Assembly (NCBI GenBank): GCA_964463635.1
Contig: CAYXCB010000001.1
Span: 7,526-71,525 of the forward strand
Length of the DNA stretch: 64,000 bases
Source: an uncultured Candidatus Saccharibacteria bacterium
GTDB taxonomy: Bacteria; Patescibacteriota; Saccharimonadia; Saccharimonadales; CAZARM01
Reading direction: 5' to 3'
Made by a program: the position numbers and the translations under genes. The stretch's first letter is position 1. Each line of letters begins with the position of its first letter. Under the pieces are notes generated by a model. It was not told the origin of the DNA and ran no database searches. It saw only the letters and a program-made list of their open reading frames with translations. Below are positions 48,305-57,644 of this stretch, in pieces.

Positions 48305-49117
48305 TTATTTACCTTCGGCTTTGTTGCGGGCTGAACGGATTACGTTATCGAATAAGGCGCAGACGGTCAACGGCCCTACCCCGCCCTTTTCAGGGGTAAT
48401 GGTAATGTCCGGCAATTCTCGGACGCCAGGATCAACGTCACCAATCAAGCCGTTTTTGTCTGTGGCAACGCCCGCATCGACAATAACCGCATCAGGTTTG
48501 ACCATGTCTTTTTTGACCAGCCCGGGAACACCAGTAGCGCAGACTAAGACGTCTGCTTCTTTGATGATTGACGCAATGTTTTCAGTGTGGCGGTCGGCTA
48601 TGGACACTTTATGGCCGGAGTCTTTCCAAATTCTAGCTAATGGCCGGCCAACTAAACGGCCGTGGCCTATAATTGCTAAGTTTTTACCCTGCAGATCGAC
48701 ATTGTAACCAGCCAGCAGCCAATTAATAGCCAATGGTGTAGCAGGGTCAAAATTCGTATGCTCAGCTAGTCCGTCGACGTCCTTGCTGGGGCTGACAGCA
48801 TTCAGGATTTCATTAGTTTGGGTTGGGTCTGGCAAGGGTATCTGGACGATAATGCCGTGTACGCCGGCGTCTACGTTGAGTTCGTTGATTCTTTTCAGCG
48901 CTTCGGCCTGGCTAACTGTGTGAACGTCGACTTCTATATCAATATCCGACCCGTAGCCTTGTTTGAGCTTCATATAGCTATCCACGACCGGATCGGGATT
49001 GGTCCGAATTATGGCTAGTCTCGGGGTAATGGCATGCGCCTGACGCAAACTGCGCACTTCATGAGCTTGCCGCTGCTTTATAAACTCCGCTAGTTCTTTA
49101 CCGTTTAGTAATTTCAT
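48305..49117 (-). CDS. folD: methylene-THF dehydrogenase/cyclohydrolase
   Basis: GIIVQIPLP, KDVDG, LVGRP, IVDAG and GGVGPLT motifs. Confidence 0.94.
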   Translation of the reverse strand: MKLLNGKELAEFIKQRQAHEVRSLRQAHAITPRLAIIRTNPDPVVDSYMKLKQGYGSDIDIEVDVHTVSQAEALKRINELNVDAGVHGIIVQIPLPDPTQTNEILNAVSPSKDVDGLAEHTNFDPATPLAINWLLAGYNVDLQGKNLAIIGHGRLVGRPLARIWKDSGHKVSIADRHTENIASIIKEADVLVCATGVPGLVKKDMVKPDAVIVDAGVATDKNGLIGDVDPGVRELPDITITPEKGGVGPLTVCALFDNVIRSARNKAEGK

Positions 49118-49152
49118 ACCGAGATAGTGTATCAATAAATTGTGGCTAGACT

Positions 49153-49185
49153 AAGACAAGAGCCTGGGGTGGGCTCTTGTCTTTT
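49153..49185. terminator. intrinsic terminator
   Basis: aagacaagagcc / ggctcttgtctt stem. Confidence 0.75.
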
Positions 49186-49200
49186 GCGAAAACTAATTTA

Positions 49201-49326
49201 CTAGCTTCGGTCTTTTGGGCGTCGTCCGCCGCCGCGGCTGGCTTCGCCGCCCATGCGGTGGATCTTATCCTTCATCTCCTTAGTCATATTCTTAGAACCA
49301 AGTCCACGCTTGTTTCGTTCGGCCAT
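49201..49326 (-). CDS. 41-aa KGG-type stress protein (GsiB/YciG-like)
   Basis: SD AAGGAG; MAERNKRGLGSKNMTKEMKDKIHRMGGEASRGGGRRPKDRS resembles RGFASM..E...EIA.KGG.AS. Confidence 0.65.
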   Translation of the reverse strand: MAERNKRGLGSKNMTKEMKDKIHRMGGEASRGGGRRPKDRS

Positions 49327-49431
49327 GCACCACTCCTTTTTTAAATTAGCTTCTTAAGTTTATGTTTATTCAGCTGATTCCTCTGCGGTATTTCTCATAG
49401 CAATTACTTTTATTGTGAAAGTCACGCGGGT

Positions 49432-50283
49432 CTAGACGCAGGAATAGTTGTAGTCTAGGCCTTTAGACACAAATTGTGTCAGGACAACTTTGCCATTTGC
49501 AGTCAGAGGAGCTGCTTTACATGCTTGCTGAGCGGTTTTTTGGCTGGCTCCACCAGGACGCCAGTTATTTAAACCGTTCAAGTTACTGCCAGGAGTAACC
49601 GAACTGCCGACAATCTGACTCCATTGCGCGCCTGTAGAATATAGGCCGACTCGCCCGCCGAGTGACTTAAAGTACTCGGTCATGCCTTCCAGTACTGCTA
49701 CGTTGCTCTGATGATCAAATGTGCTGCCGGATAGTTTCCAAGTGTTTTCAGTCTCGACATCAAGCCACCATATATAGGCGTCTGGCGAAGTACTTACAGC
49801 AGCTTGGACGGCTGCCGGTTGGAAGCGGTCGCGCACATCTTCCAGCGAGCGGTTCCAGCCATATTGCCAGGCGCAGGCTAGCGAATCGCTGCCGTCGCAT
49901 GGGCCATGAGGATTTGCTGTTACATTGCCAGCCGGGTCGATATTACTTGTTGGCCATGAAGCTGTGCCTAAACCGCCAGGGTTGGCAGTATTTACATATA
50001 GCTGCAGTTTTTCTTGAGGCGTCCCGCCAACAGACTGCTTAGCCCAGATAAGCTGATCTTTTAGGCATGGGTTAGTAGTGGTGGCTAACCCGCCATTGAC
50101 GCCAACAATGCCGAATGCCTGCGTCTTAGGCAGTGTTTTGCCGCATTGCGGCCAAGACACGTCAATCCCTAGCGGTGTAGCAGAGCCTCCGCCGCTGACA
50201 GGTTTAGCCGCCATAGCGCTGGGGGCTATTAAAATAACAGATATAAAACTTAAAAACAAACCAAGTAAAAGGTTTTTCTTCAT
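49432..50283 (-). CDS. secreted GH25/DUF1906-like TIM-barrel protein
   Basis: Signal peptide; GIDVSWPQC, FGIVGVNGG, NPCL, LYVN, WWLDVET and GLYST motifs. Confidence 0.75.
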   Translation of the reverse strand: MKKNLLLGLFLSFISVILIAPSAMAAKPVSGGGSATPLGIDVSWPQCGKTLPKTQAFGIVGVNGGLATTTNPCLKDQLIWAKQSVGGTPQEKLQLYVNTANPGGLGTASWPTSNIDPAGNVTANPHGPCDGSDSLACAWQYGWNRSLEDVRDRFQPAAVQAAVSTSPDAYIWWLDVETENTWKLSGSTFDHQSNVAVLEGMTEYFKSLGGRVGLYSTGAQWSQIVGSSVTPGSNLNGLNNWRPGGASQKTAQQACKAAPLTANGKVVLTQFVSKGLDYNYSCV

Positions 50284-50513
50284 CAGGACAGTATATCAAA
50301 CCAGGCTTTCCGACCAAGTGATTAGTCACCATATGCAATTCTAGCTAGTTAAGTTTCTGGTTGCTTCGTTGCTGTTTCTATGTACGGATTCATCACGGGA
50401 TCAAACGTGCAAGTATTGCATATATGTAGATCGTCAGATATTATTTAAGATAAGCGAAATGTGATCACTAGATCTCCTACTAAAACTAAAAAGAAAGGTA
50501 GGTTACCCTACTA

Positions 50514-51386
50514 ATGCAATATATGAAAAAACTTGGTGTCAAAACTTTATTGGCAGTATTTGCCGTGGCCTTTGCCATAGCTCTAAATGGGTCAGTTGTT
50601 GTACGTGCGGGCACTTCGCCCACCCTAAACAACCTACTAAGTTATTCCGTTCTAGGTGGCGCAGAAGTGACTTGTACCGGCTCGACCACCATAACCGGGG
50701 ATGTGGGAGTTAGCCCTGGCACTTCAATTTCTGGCTTTCCTAGTCCGTGTGTTGTTGGCCCTCCGGGCACAACGCATTCCAATGACGCCAGCGCCATAGC
50801 GGCTCAAGCCGAAAACCTCGTTGTCTTTGGCGCTCTTGACCAAACCTGTGATCAGACTTTTGGCGCGGTAGATCTGACTGCAACCTTTCCATCAGGTGTC
50901 GGACCTGGTGTCTATTGTTCCACCAGCAGCTTCTCGCTGAGCGGGAATCTAACCCTTACCGGGGCTGGTGTATGGATTTTTAAAACAGTATCTACATTAA
51001 TTACCTCACCAGGTTCATCTGTTACCGGTGGCGACCCGTGTAATGTATGGTGGAGAATCGGCAGCTCAACGACTCTCGATACGACTACTTCATTCGTAGG
51101 AAATGTTTTATCGCAAAACGGCGCTAACGCTATGAATACCGGCGCGACCTTGAACGGTCGATTCCTGGGACTAGCTGCTGCTACGGTGACGCTGGATGAT
51201 AATACGATCTCGGGACCAACATGCGTGCCTTCGTTTGGTCCAGGTGGTAGTACTACGCCAGGACTGCCCAATACGGGGATCAGTCCTGAGGACACAAGCA
51301 GCGCCTCGTGGAACATTCTCATACCCGCTGGGGTTGTCATTGCTCTAGTATCGCTCTACCTAGTTCGAAAGAAACGCGCACTATAA
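50514..51386 (+). CDS. ice-binding-like protein (DUF3494) with LPNTG anchor
   Basis: YSVLGG, ITGDVGVSPG, PGVY, WIFK, NVWWRIGSS, FVGNVL and LNGR motifs; C-terminal LPNTG-TM-RKKR. Confidence 0.85.
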   Translation: MQYMKKLGVKTLLAVFAVAFAIALNGSVVVRAGTSPTLNNLLSYSVLGGAEVTCTGSTTITGDVGVSPGTSISGFPSPCVVGPPGTTHSNDASAIAAQAENLVVFGALDQTCDQTFGAVDLTATFPSGVGPGVYCSTSSFSLSGNLTLTGAGVWIFKTVSTLITSPGSSVTGGDPCNVWWRIGSSTTLDTTTSFVGNVLSQNGANAMNTGATLNGRFLGLAAATVTLDDNTISGPTCVPSFGPGGSTTPGLPNTGISPEDTSSASWNILIPAGVVIALVSLYLVRKKRAL

Positions 51387-51410
51387 GCCAAGCATCGGTA
51401 AGGCTTATGC

Positions 51411-52025
51411 ATGAATTTATCGAAAACATCGTTTAAACGAACAGTATTCCTGCTAATCATTGTAGGATTTGCGTTCTCTCCAGCGTTTATTCGCTATTTC
51501 AGCTTAAGACCGACTCAGAACGACTCCGCGCTACTTGTAGTAGACCCGCCTACTATTGATAAAGAAAAGGTAAACCCGGGTTTGCCGACCCGTCTTAAGA
51601 TTCCAAAAATCAACGTTGATGCAGCTATTGAGCATGTGGGGCTTACTTCCGGGGGAGATATGGATATACCAAAAGGCCCAACTACTGCAGGCTGGTTCAG
51701 CCAGGGACCACGCCCTGGGGCAAATGGCAGTGCCGTGATTGACGGACATTTTGGATATAGAAATGACATACCGGCCATATTCGATAATCTTCATACCTTG
51801 CAGAAGGGGGACAATATTTATGTCGAAGATGATAAAGGAGCAATTATTATTTTCGTGGTTCGGGAGTCACGGCAATACAGTCCAAATGAAAATACCTCAA
51901 GTATATTTACTTCAAACGACGGCAAAACCCATCTAAACCTCATAACCTGCCAGGGAATTTGGAGTAATAGCCAAAGAAGCTACTCTAAGCGCTTAGTAGT
52001 ATTTGCTGATAAAGAAATAGAATAA
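51411..52025 (+). CDS. class F sortase
   Basis: PTRLKIPKI, GWF..GPRPG..GSAVIDGH, LNLITC and RLVV motifs. Confidence 0.92.
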   Translation: MNLSKTSFKRTVFLLIIVGFAFSPAFIRYFSLRPTQNDSALLVVDPPTIDKEKVNPGLPTRLKIPKINVDAAIEHVGLTSGGDMDIPKGPTTAGWFSQGPRPGANGSAVIDGHFGYRNDIPAIFDNLHTLQKGDNIYVEDDKGAIIIFVVRESRQYSPNENTSSIFTSNDGKTHLNLITCQGIWSNSQRSYSKRLVVFADKEIE

Positions 52026-52036
52026 GTTCTTAGCTC

Positions 52037-52378
52037 TCAGCTTTTAGAAATTTCAGCTAACCGACTACGCACAAGTTCTTTAATAATAGACTCGGGAAGG
52101 GGTTTATCTTCAGTAAACTGGATTGTGCCTTTGCCCAATTTATAGCCTTCGAGTTTATCTTTTATAGCTTCGGTTCGAGGCCCCGGAAATACACTCATAT
52201 GGTTTTTAAACGCCGCAAAGTGAATTAAATACTTACCCTTGTATTTCAATGTAGGGATGCCGTAGCTTATTACTTCCTCAGCGTCAGGCACCATTTGCTT
52301 AACGAGCTGGCGGATCTTTTCTAGTTCCGCTCTCTGTGAGGGCGTTGTGCTTTCTAGATACTCATCAATAACTATCAT
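52037..52378 (-). CDS. DUF1801 (YdhG-like) protein
   Basis: IDEYL, EVISYGIPT, FAAFKNH and KGTIQF...PLP motifs. Confidence 0.88.
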   Translation of the reverse strand: MIVIDEYLESTTPSQRAELEKIRQLVKQMVPDAEEVISYGIPTLKYKGKYLIHFAAFKNHMSVFPGPRTEAIKDKLEGYKLGKGTIQFTEDKPLPESIIKELVRSRLAEISKS

Positions 52379-52592
52379 TACAATATATTATCAAATTATT
52401 GGAGGGCCGGGAGGGACTTACTGCTTTAGATGAATTTTGGAGGTCTACCAAGGGAGTAGTTTATATATTTATATTGAGGAACTAATGCGATGGAGACAGC
52501 TATTGGATAACAGATACCGGCAAAATCAGCTTAACAAGCGTCGCAGTAGCGTTGTTTATTCCTAGTAGTGGTTACATACGCAGATTAAGAGG

Positions 52593-52820
52593 TCAGTGGT
52601 TACTGCCTTTTTCCTTGTCTTGATATATGTCATACACAAGATTAGCGAGGTCTTTAGCGTCCCTCTTCATTCTCAGCCTAGTTCTGGCTTGCTCTAAAGC
52701 GTCCTTTGCCAGCAAATCTAACGTAGTTATTACTTCCAGAATCTCGTCATCACTCATTCCGGTAGCGTTAGCACCGAGTATTTCCCGTGCTTCTTTAATA
52801 GAAACTATTGGATTCATCAT
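52593..52820 (-). CDS. small helical hypothetical protein
   Basis: 75 aa, translationally close to the IrrE gene. Confidence 0.65.
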   Translation of the reverse strand: MMNPIVSIKEAREILGANATGMSDDEILEVITTLDLLAKDALEQARTRLRMKRDAKDLANLVYDIYQDKEKGSNH

Positions 52821-52828
52821 TCAAACGC

Positions 52829-53350
52829 CTAGAGTAATTTTATTAGTCCACTGTTTGTAATTTGAATCCACAGTGCGTCTTTACTTACCCCATACCGCTT
52901 CGCAAGTTCCTCAATATCTTTGATTCCAGCCTTTATATCAGCTCGTAGAAACTTAGTCGGCATTAACAGATATGCCGCAAAGTGGTCGGCTTCTTGCTCA
53001 TCAAAACTCTTGTAGCCGTGATGAAGGCTAGAGTTACCCATAACGTGTCCGAAGTAGAGATGGCCTATTTCGTGTGCAACCGAGAATCGTTGCCGTACAA
53101 CAGCCCTATTCTTATTATAAAGAATTACTAGTTGACCATTCCGATTAACAAGCATTGCGTCACGCTCCTTACCAGTGATACTTTCATCGGCTGGAACGAT
53201 TACGGCACCAAACTCATCTTTAATCAGCTTGTATATCTCATTGAGCCTGACAGGAGCTTGAGTAATTTTAGCGGATTTTAATAGTGCAAGGGTCTTATGC
53301 CTTGCTTCTGTGAACTTGGCTTCGTTAGTTGTCTGATTGCTTTCGTCCAT
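52829..53350 (-). CDS. ImmA/IrrE family metallopeptidase
   Basis: RQRFSVAHEIGH and EQEADHFAAYLLMP motifs. Confidence 0.93.
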   Translation of the reverse strand: MDESNQTTNEAKFTEARHKTLALLKSAKITQAPVRLNEIYKLIKDEFGAVIVPADESITGKERDAMLVNRNGQLVILYNKNRAVVRQRFSVAHEIGHLYFGHVMGNSSLHHGYKSFDEQEADHFAAYLLMPTKFLRADIKAGIKDIEELAKRYGVSKDALWIQITNSGLIKLL

Positions 53351-53696
53351 CTTGGTTCTTTGACAGTTTCAACGCGTCAATAAACGATTCAACTCTTTTG
53401 ACGTCGTCTTGGTCTAGGTGTTCATCTGCTCTTAGAGCAATTTGTACGCTTGGCTGTGGGCTTGTTGTCGTGTCGCCTTTTATAAAGTAATTTACGTCAC
53501 GGTGAAGAAGCCTAGCTATCTCCTCCAAGTCGCTTATTTGAACTCTACGTTCACCAGCTTCAATGAGGGATATGGCAGTAGGCGACTTGTAGTCCAGCTT
53601 TTGAGCTAGTTCAGTCTGTGTTAGGCCCTCGGCTTCACGAGCTTTCTTGATTCTTGACCCAATCTGAGCGTACTTCTTTACTTCGTTGTTTTCCAT
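53325..53696 (-). CDS. XRE family HTH regulator
   Basis: IGSRIKKARE..GLTQTELAQKL...AISLIEAGER. Confidence 0.93.
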   Translation of the reverse strand: MENNEVKKYAQIGSRIKKAREAEGLTQTELAQKLDYKSPTAISLIEAGERRVQISDLEEIARLLHRDVNYFIKGDTTTSPQPSVQIALRADEHLDQDDVKRVESFIDALKLSKNQDGRKQSDN

Positions 53697-53709
53697 ATTG
53701 ATATATTAC

Positions 53710-53760
53710 ATTTATCAGAAAGTATTGACAAGCATTTATCGTTTTGATAAATTGATAATT
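53710..53760 (+). promoter_or_regulatory. promoter with overlapping inverted-repeat operator
   Basis: TTGACA (53725)-17-TAAATT (53748); ATTTATC at 53710 and 53734, inverted as GATAAAT at 53746. Confidence 0.6.
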
Positions 53761-53805
53761 ACAAACTAAACTCTTGAGGGTAAAACAAGGGGGAAAGGAC
53801 ACAAA

Positions 53806-54027
53806 ATGGCACGAAAAGTTTTTCACGTAGTACCTTACGGCACAAACTGGCAGGTCAAGCACAATGGTCAGGTACTTAGTAACCACACCTATAAGGCAAA
53901 CGCTATCAGCTCAGGGCAACTAGTAGCTAAAGCGAACCAGCCAAGCCAACTCGTAGTACATCGGGCTGATGGAACTATTGAGTTTGAGTACACATACGGT
54001 AACGACCCCTACCCACCAGTTGGGTAG
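53806..54027 (+). CDS. DUF2188 family protein
   Basis: HVVP...WQVK...AI..G...AK.....LVVHRADGTI...TYGNDPYPP. Confidence 0.88.
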   Translation: MARKVFHVVPYGTNWQVKHNGQVLSNHTYKANAISSGQLVAKANQPSQLVVHRADGTIEFEYTYGNDPYPPVG

Positions 54028-54063
54028 GTCGTTCTTGCATTTAAGGGTAAAATATGGAGAGTT

Positions 54064-54642
54064 ATGAGTTTAGCGGACGAATTATATAGAGCTATGTACG
54101 GCCAGGAGCCAACTGTACCTAAGCCAATTAAGTGGAGCGGTTTCCTGCCGCCAGCGAAAGCTCAGCCTAAGCCAGGTTTTGTGCGAATAGCAAAACCGCA
54201 GCCACGCCCTTTCGTCAGAATTGCCAAGCCGAAGGTGTTTGTTAGCTTTGATTACGAGAATGACCGTCTTTATAAACAGGCATTGGATATGTGGGACGCC
54301 AATAAGCGTTTTGATTTTAGCTTTAAGAGTAATACACCCCAAGAAATCCAGTCCGAAAGCGTAGAAAGGGTAAAAGCAGTTCTGACAACAAAAGTAAAAG
54401 CGTCCAGTCACGTTGTAGTATTGGTTGGTAAATACGCCAACGAGCTGCACAGCGATAGTCAAAAAATTGGTTTTCGTAATTGGATAAACTTTGAAGTTTA
54501 CCAAGCACGTTATTATAAGAAGAAGGTTGTTGTTGTAATGCTAAGCCCGTACAACACACTACCTGAATGGTTGCGTGGTTCAGGTGCAACCCTAGTTAAC
54601 AGCTTCAACGAAAAAGAAATAATACAGGCCCTAAGTAAGTAG
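54064..54642 (+). CDS. ThsB-like TIR domain protein (DUF1863/MTH538 type)
   Basis: KVFVSFDYEND, VVVLVG and WINFEV (catalytic Glu position); Pro-rich N-terminal extension. Confidence 0.85.
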   Translation: MSLADELYRAMYGQEPTVPKPIKWSGFLPPAKAQPKPGFVRIAKPQPRPFVRIAKPKVFVSFDYENDRLYKQALDMWDANKRFDFSFKSNTPQEIQSESVERVKAVLTTKVKASSHVVVLVGKYANELHSDSQKIGFRNWINFEVYQARYYKKKVVVVMLSPYNTLPEWLRGSGATLVNSFNEKEIIQALSK

Positions 54643-54647
54643 GCAAT

Positions 54648-55277
54648 ATGGCAAAACTAAGCGAAGATACAAAACTTGAAGTTCTGAGTGACCATTATAA
54701 GGAAACCGTTAACGATTTTAAGAAAACAGGCAAAAGTCGTGACCTAAACTTTTTTGCGGTACTTATATTCCTAGGTGTGATGACGTTCCAGTTCGTTTCT
54801 CCACACCAGTCACAAAGCATACTTACACAAGTAATTAACTCCCGCTTGGATATAGATGCAGCTCTTAGCATTAACCTGCTTGGTTCACTGATTTGGCTTG
54901 CATTGCTTTTCGCTGCGATTCGCTATTTTCAAGCCGTCATTAACCTTGAAAAACAGTACAACTACAGCCACGACCTTGAAGACTTATTAGCTAAAAGCTA
55001 TGACAATAAAGCGTTTACCCGTGAAGGCAAATCTTACCTGAAAGATTATCCTGTATTTTCAAAATGGGTACATTTTGTCTATCGTAAGCTGTTCCCGCTA
55101 CTCTTGGTTATTGCATTAACTGTAAAAATACTTGGAGAGTGGTTAGCCAATAAAACAAATGCGTTACCTCTAGCACTAGACTCTGTCATTTACGGAGCAC
55201 TGTTAGTGTCAATAGTCCTCTATGTCTACTCGTTGCAAAAGACTGAAAAGCACACAGAAAAAGACGTTAAAAAATAG
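54648..55277 (+). CDS. four-TM membrane protein, putative TIR effector
   Basis: Four hydrophobic segments; starts 5 nt after the TIR stop. Confidence 0.75.
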   Translation: MAKLSEDTKLEVLSDHYKETVNDFKKTGKSRDLNFFAVLIFLGVMTFQFVSPHQSQSILTQVINSRLDIDAALSINLLGSLIWLALLFAAIRYFQAVINLEKQYNYSHDLEDLLAKSYDNKAFTREGKSYLKDYPVFSKWVHFVYRKLFPLLLVIALTVKILGEWLANKTNALPLALDSVIYGALLVSIVLYVYSLQKTEKHTEKDVKK

Positions 55278-55288
55278 CCCGACTTTAT

Positions 55289-55834
55289 TTATAGATTTGT
55301 TTCGTTGGAGAGCTTTATTCTGACTTTTTCAGTCATTGTATTGGTGCTGACATAGCCAAGTGCGTCTACATCTGGGTCGTAGAGTTCAATCATATCTAGG
55401 TCATTGCGTGGAAATACCCTCGCACCTTTTATTACTTTGCCGTCAATTAGCGACTGTTTTAATTCGCCGTATTGCTCTGGTTCAAGGTAGAAATCAACAT
55501 CTCCAACGTGGTTGCGATAAGGGTCTGGCTTACGAATATATAAATGAGTGTAGGTAGTTTCTGGGACATCGTCTTGAGCGGGAATAACAATAGGTTCGTG
55601 TAGAGTAAAGTATTTTTGATTTGGGTCATCAGATGGTTCGGTAAGTTCTTTACGAATTGCTAAAAGCCTTTCGTATTCGTCGTCGTAATGACAAAACACG
55701 CCCATATTGCCAGCATTAGGCAAGTATTTATCAAACGACTGTTTGCAGAGCTTATAACAAGCAAAGTGAATGTACTTTGTGGCTTCAACTAACTGGTCAT
55801 TGTTTTCTATGGGGCTAAATCTATAAAGTTTCAT
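55289..55834 (-). CDS. hypothetical protein
   Basis: 181 aa, last gene of a five-gene minus-strand operon. Confidence 0.75.
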   Translation of the reverse strand: MKLYRFSPIENNDQLVEATKYIHFACYKLCKQSFDKYLPNAGNMGVFCHYDDEYERLLAIRKELTEPSDDPNQKYFTLHEPIVIPAQDDVPETTYTHLYIRKPDPYRNHVGDVDFYLEPEQYGELKQSLIDGKVIKGARVFPRNDLDMIELYDPDVDALGYVSTNTMTEKVRIKLSNETNL

Positions 55835-55836
55835 TG

Positions 55837-56415
55837 CTAAAATCCTGGGTCGTTGAAGTAATCAATACTAAATATGTCAGAAGCCTCCGCAAAGTTATTA
55901 CGCTCCCACTGCATAAAGGGCTTGGGATTGCCTTTGGGTGATATTTCTTCGTTATAGAACTTGGGATTAACTTTAGCTTTGGCGTATCCACCAATTACCA
56001 TTAAGTGGTTGCCGCCTACATCTTTCGGTAAACCTATAATCTTGTATTCCACCCAACCCAAAGCGTCTTTTAGGACTGGTCCGTGTTCTGAAAAGTCCAA
56101 GTCTAAGCTATCGTTAAACTCCTCAATTTTATCTTTGCCGGAGTTGTAACCCGAATACTTTTGGCCGAGTTTCCATACTAGCTCAAGTTGCTCTCGGTGA
56201 GGAACAGATACAGTAAAGGCTTTAGCTGTTTTCAGGCTTTCGGCAGTAATCCAAGGTTTATAGACAGCAATCATCACCATACTAGGTTCGGTACTTATTG
56301 AGGTGATGTTATTGATTGGAATAATGTTTTGGCGACCATCTTCTGAAACAGTGCCAATTAGCACCACCAATCTAGGAGCAAGAATCCTGTGTATTTTGTC
56401 TGTTACTTCAATCAT
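55837..56415 (-). CDS. flavin reductase family protein
   Basis: PRLVVLIGT...NIIP, K.FTVSVP, SG..KDK and GNHLMVIG motifs. Confidence 0.85.
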   Translation of the reverse strand: MIEVTDKIHRILAPRLVVLIGTVSEDGRQNIIPINNITSISTEPSMVMIAVYKPWITAESLKTAKAFTVSVPHREQLELVWKLGQKYSGYNSGKDKIEEFNDSLDLDFSEHGPVLKDALGWVEYKIIGLPKDVGGNHLMVIGGYAKAKVNPKFYNEEISPKGNPKPFMQWERNNFAEASDIFSIDYFNDPGF

Positions 56416-56426
56416 AACTACTCTTC

Positions 56427-57167
56427 TTACCCTAGAACTTTTAAGCTCATACCGCCATCAATTACCAAAACTTCACCACATACGGCGTCATTCTTTGCAA
56501 GGAAAACTATACCGTCTGCAATTTCACTTGGCTCAATCCAACGGTTAATGAGATGTCCTGCGGCTTGTTTGGCTTTATATTCATCGTCCATATTGCCCCA
56601 CATTGGCGTCAGTGTTCTACCGGGTGCAACTGAATTTATGAGTATCTCTGGTGCAAGTGCTTTAGCTAGATTTTTCATATATGAATCAAGTGCCGCTTTC
56701 ATAGATGAGTAGGCAATGGCGTCTGGTCGTCCGTGGCCCAACTTTCCGTGGATTGATGAGACGAACACAATCTTGCCATTTTTCATCAACTTACGGGCTT
56801 CATTTGTGATACGGACTTGTGCAAGGAAATTAGTCTCAAAGACATTCTGAAAAGCATCAAGGCTTTCGGGTCTATCGTCTTCGTCAAATAAACCCGCACT
56901 GTTTACCAAAATATCAATTGCAGAAAACTTTTCCTTTATCTTTGTGAACATAATCTCAACTTCTTCCGGCTTTGAAATGTTCGCCTGTACAGTCAACGTT
57001 TCTACCGAGTTTTTAGCAGCTAGATTGGCCACTTCCTCTGCGGCCTTAACATCGTGGGAGTAGTTAATAATAACATTGGCACCTTCCTTAGCCATTGCCT
57101 CTACTGTGGCTCGGCCTATACCTTTAGAACCACCTGTTACTAATACTGTTTTGCCTTGCAATTTCAT
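56427..57167 (-). CDS. SDR family oxidoreductase
   Basis: TGGSKGIG, LVNSAG, YSSMK and IDGG motifs. Confidence 0.93.
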   Translation of the reverse strand: MKLQGKTVLVTGGSKGIGRATVEAMAKEGANVIINYSHDVKAAEEVANLAAKNSVETLTVQANISKPEEVEIMFTKIKEKFSAIDILVNSAGLFDEDDRPESLDAFQNVFETNFLAQVRITNEARKLMKNGKIVFVSSIHGKLGHGRPDAIAYSSMKAALDSYMKNLAKALAPEILINSVAPGRTLTPMWGNMDDEYKAKQAAGHLINRWIEPSEIADGIVFLAKNDAVCGEVLVIDGGMSLKVLG

Positions 57168-57170
57168 AGA

Positions 57171-57644
57171 CTATCCTTTCGCTCCACCATTCCACTCAAG
57201 TTTATACTTCTGACCTGACGTGCCGCCAAAGCGACCAAACACATACCAGTTAGTTACGCTAATCTTGTAGAACTGATGACCCTCATCATTTGAGGCTTCT
57301 TCAACAATATCATCTGTTATTTTCAGGCGAGCCTTTAGACATTCTGCTGCCGTATTTTGCTCATCACCTACTTCAAGCAATTCTGCCTTGCCCTCAAAGT
57401 AAACACCAACAACAGGGTCGCCTAGCTCATATTTATCAATGATATTTCCAGCTACGTTTGAATTGTTAGCAATTTCTTGGCTATGTCGTCTTGATTTTAA
57501 TGAACGGAAATACAGACTGAGGCTATCGTCATACGCAAAGTGGACTTCACAAACCCAAGGAGCATTATCGCTAACCGTTGCTAACGACATATGTATCGTC
57601 TTCTCAATAAACTCACGCACAACTTGTTCTATATCAACACTCAT
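57171..57644 (-). CDS. pyridoxamine 5'-phosphate oxidase-like FMN-binding protein
   Basis: MSLATV..APW...V.FAYD..LYF.S...RHS..I..N..VAG. Confidence 0.82.
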   Translation of the reverse strand: MSVDIEQVVREFIEKTIHMSLATVSDNAPWVCEVHFAYDDSLSLYFRSLKSRRHSQEIANNSNVAGNIIDKYELGDPVVGVYFEGKAELLEVGDEQNTAAECLKARLKITDDIVEEASNDEGHQFYKISVTNWYVFGRFGGTSGQKYKLEWNGGAKG

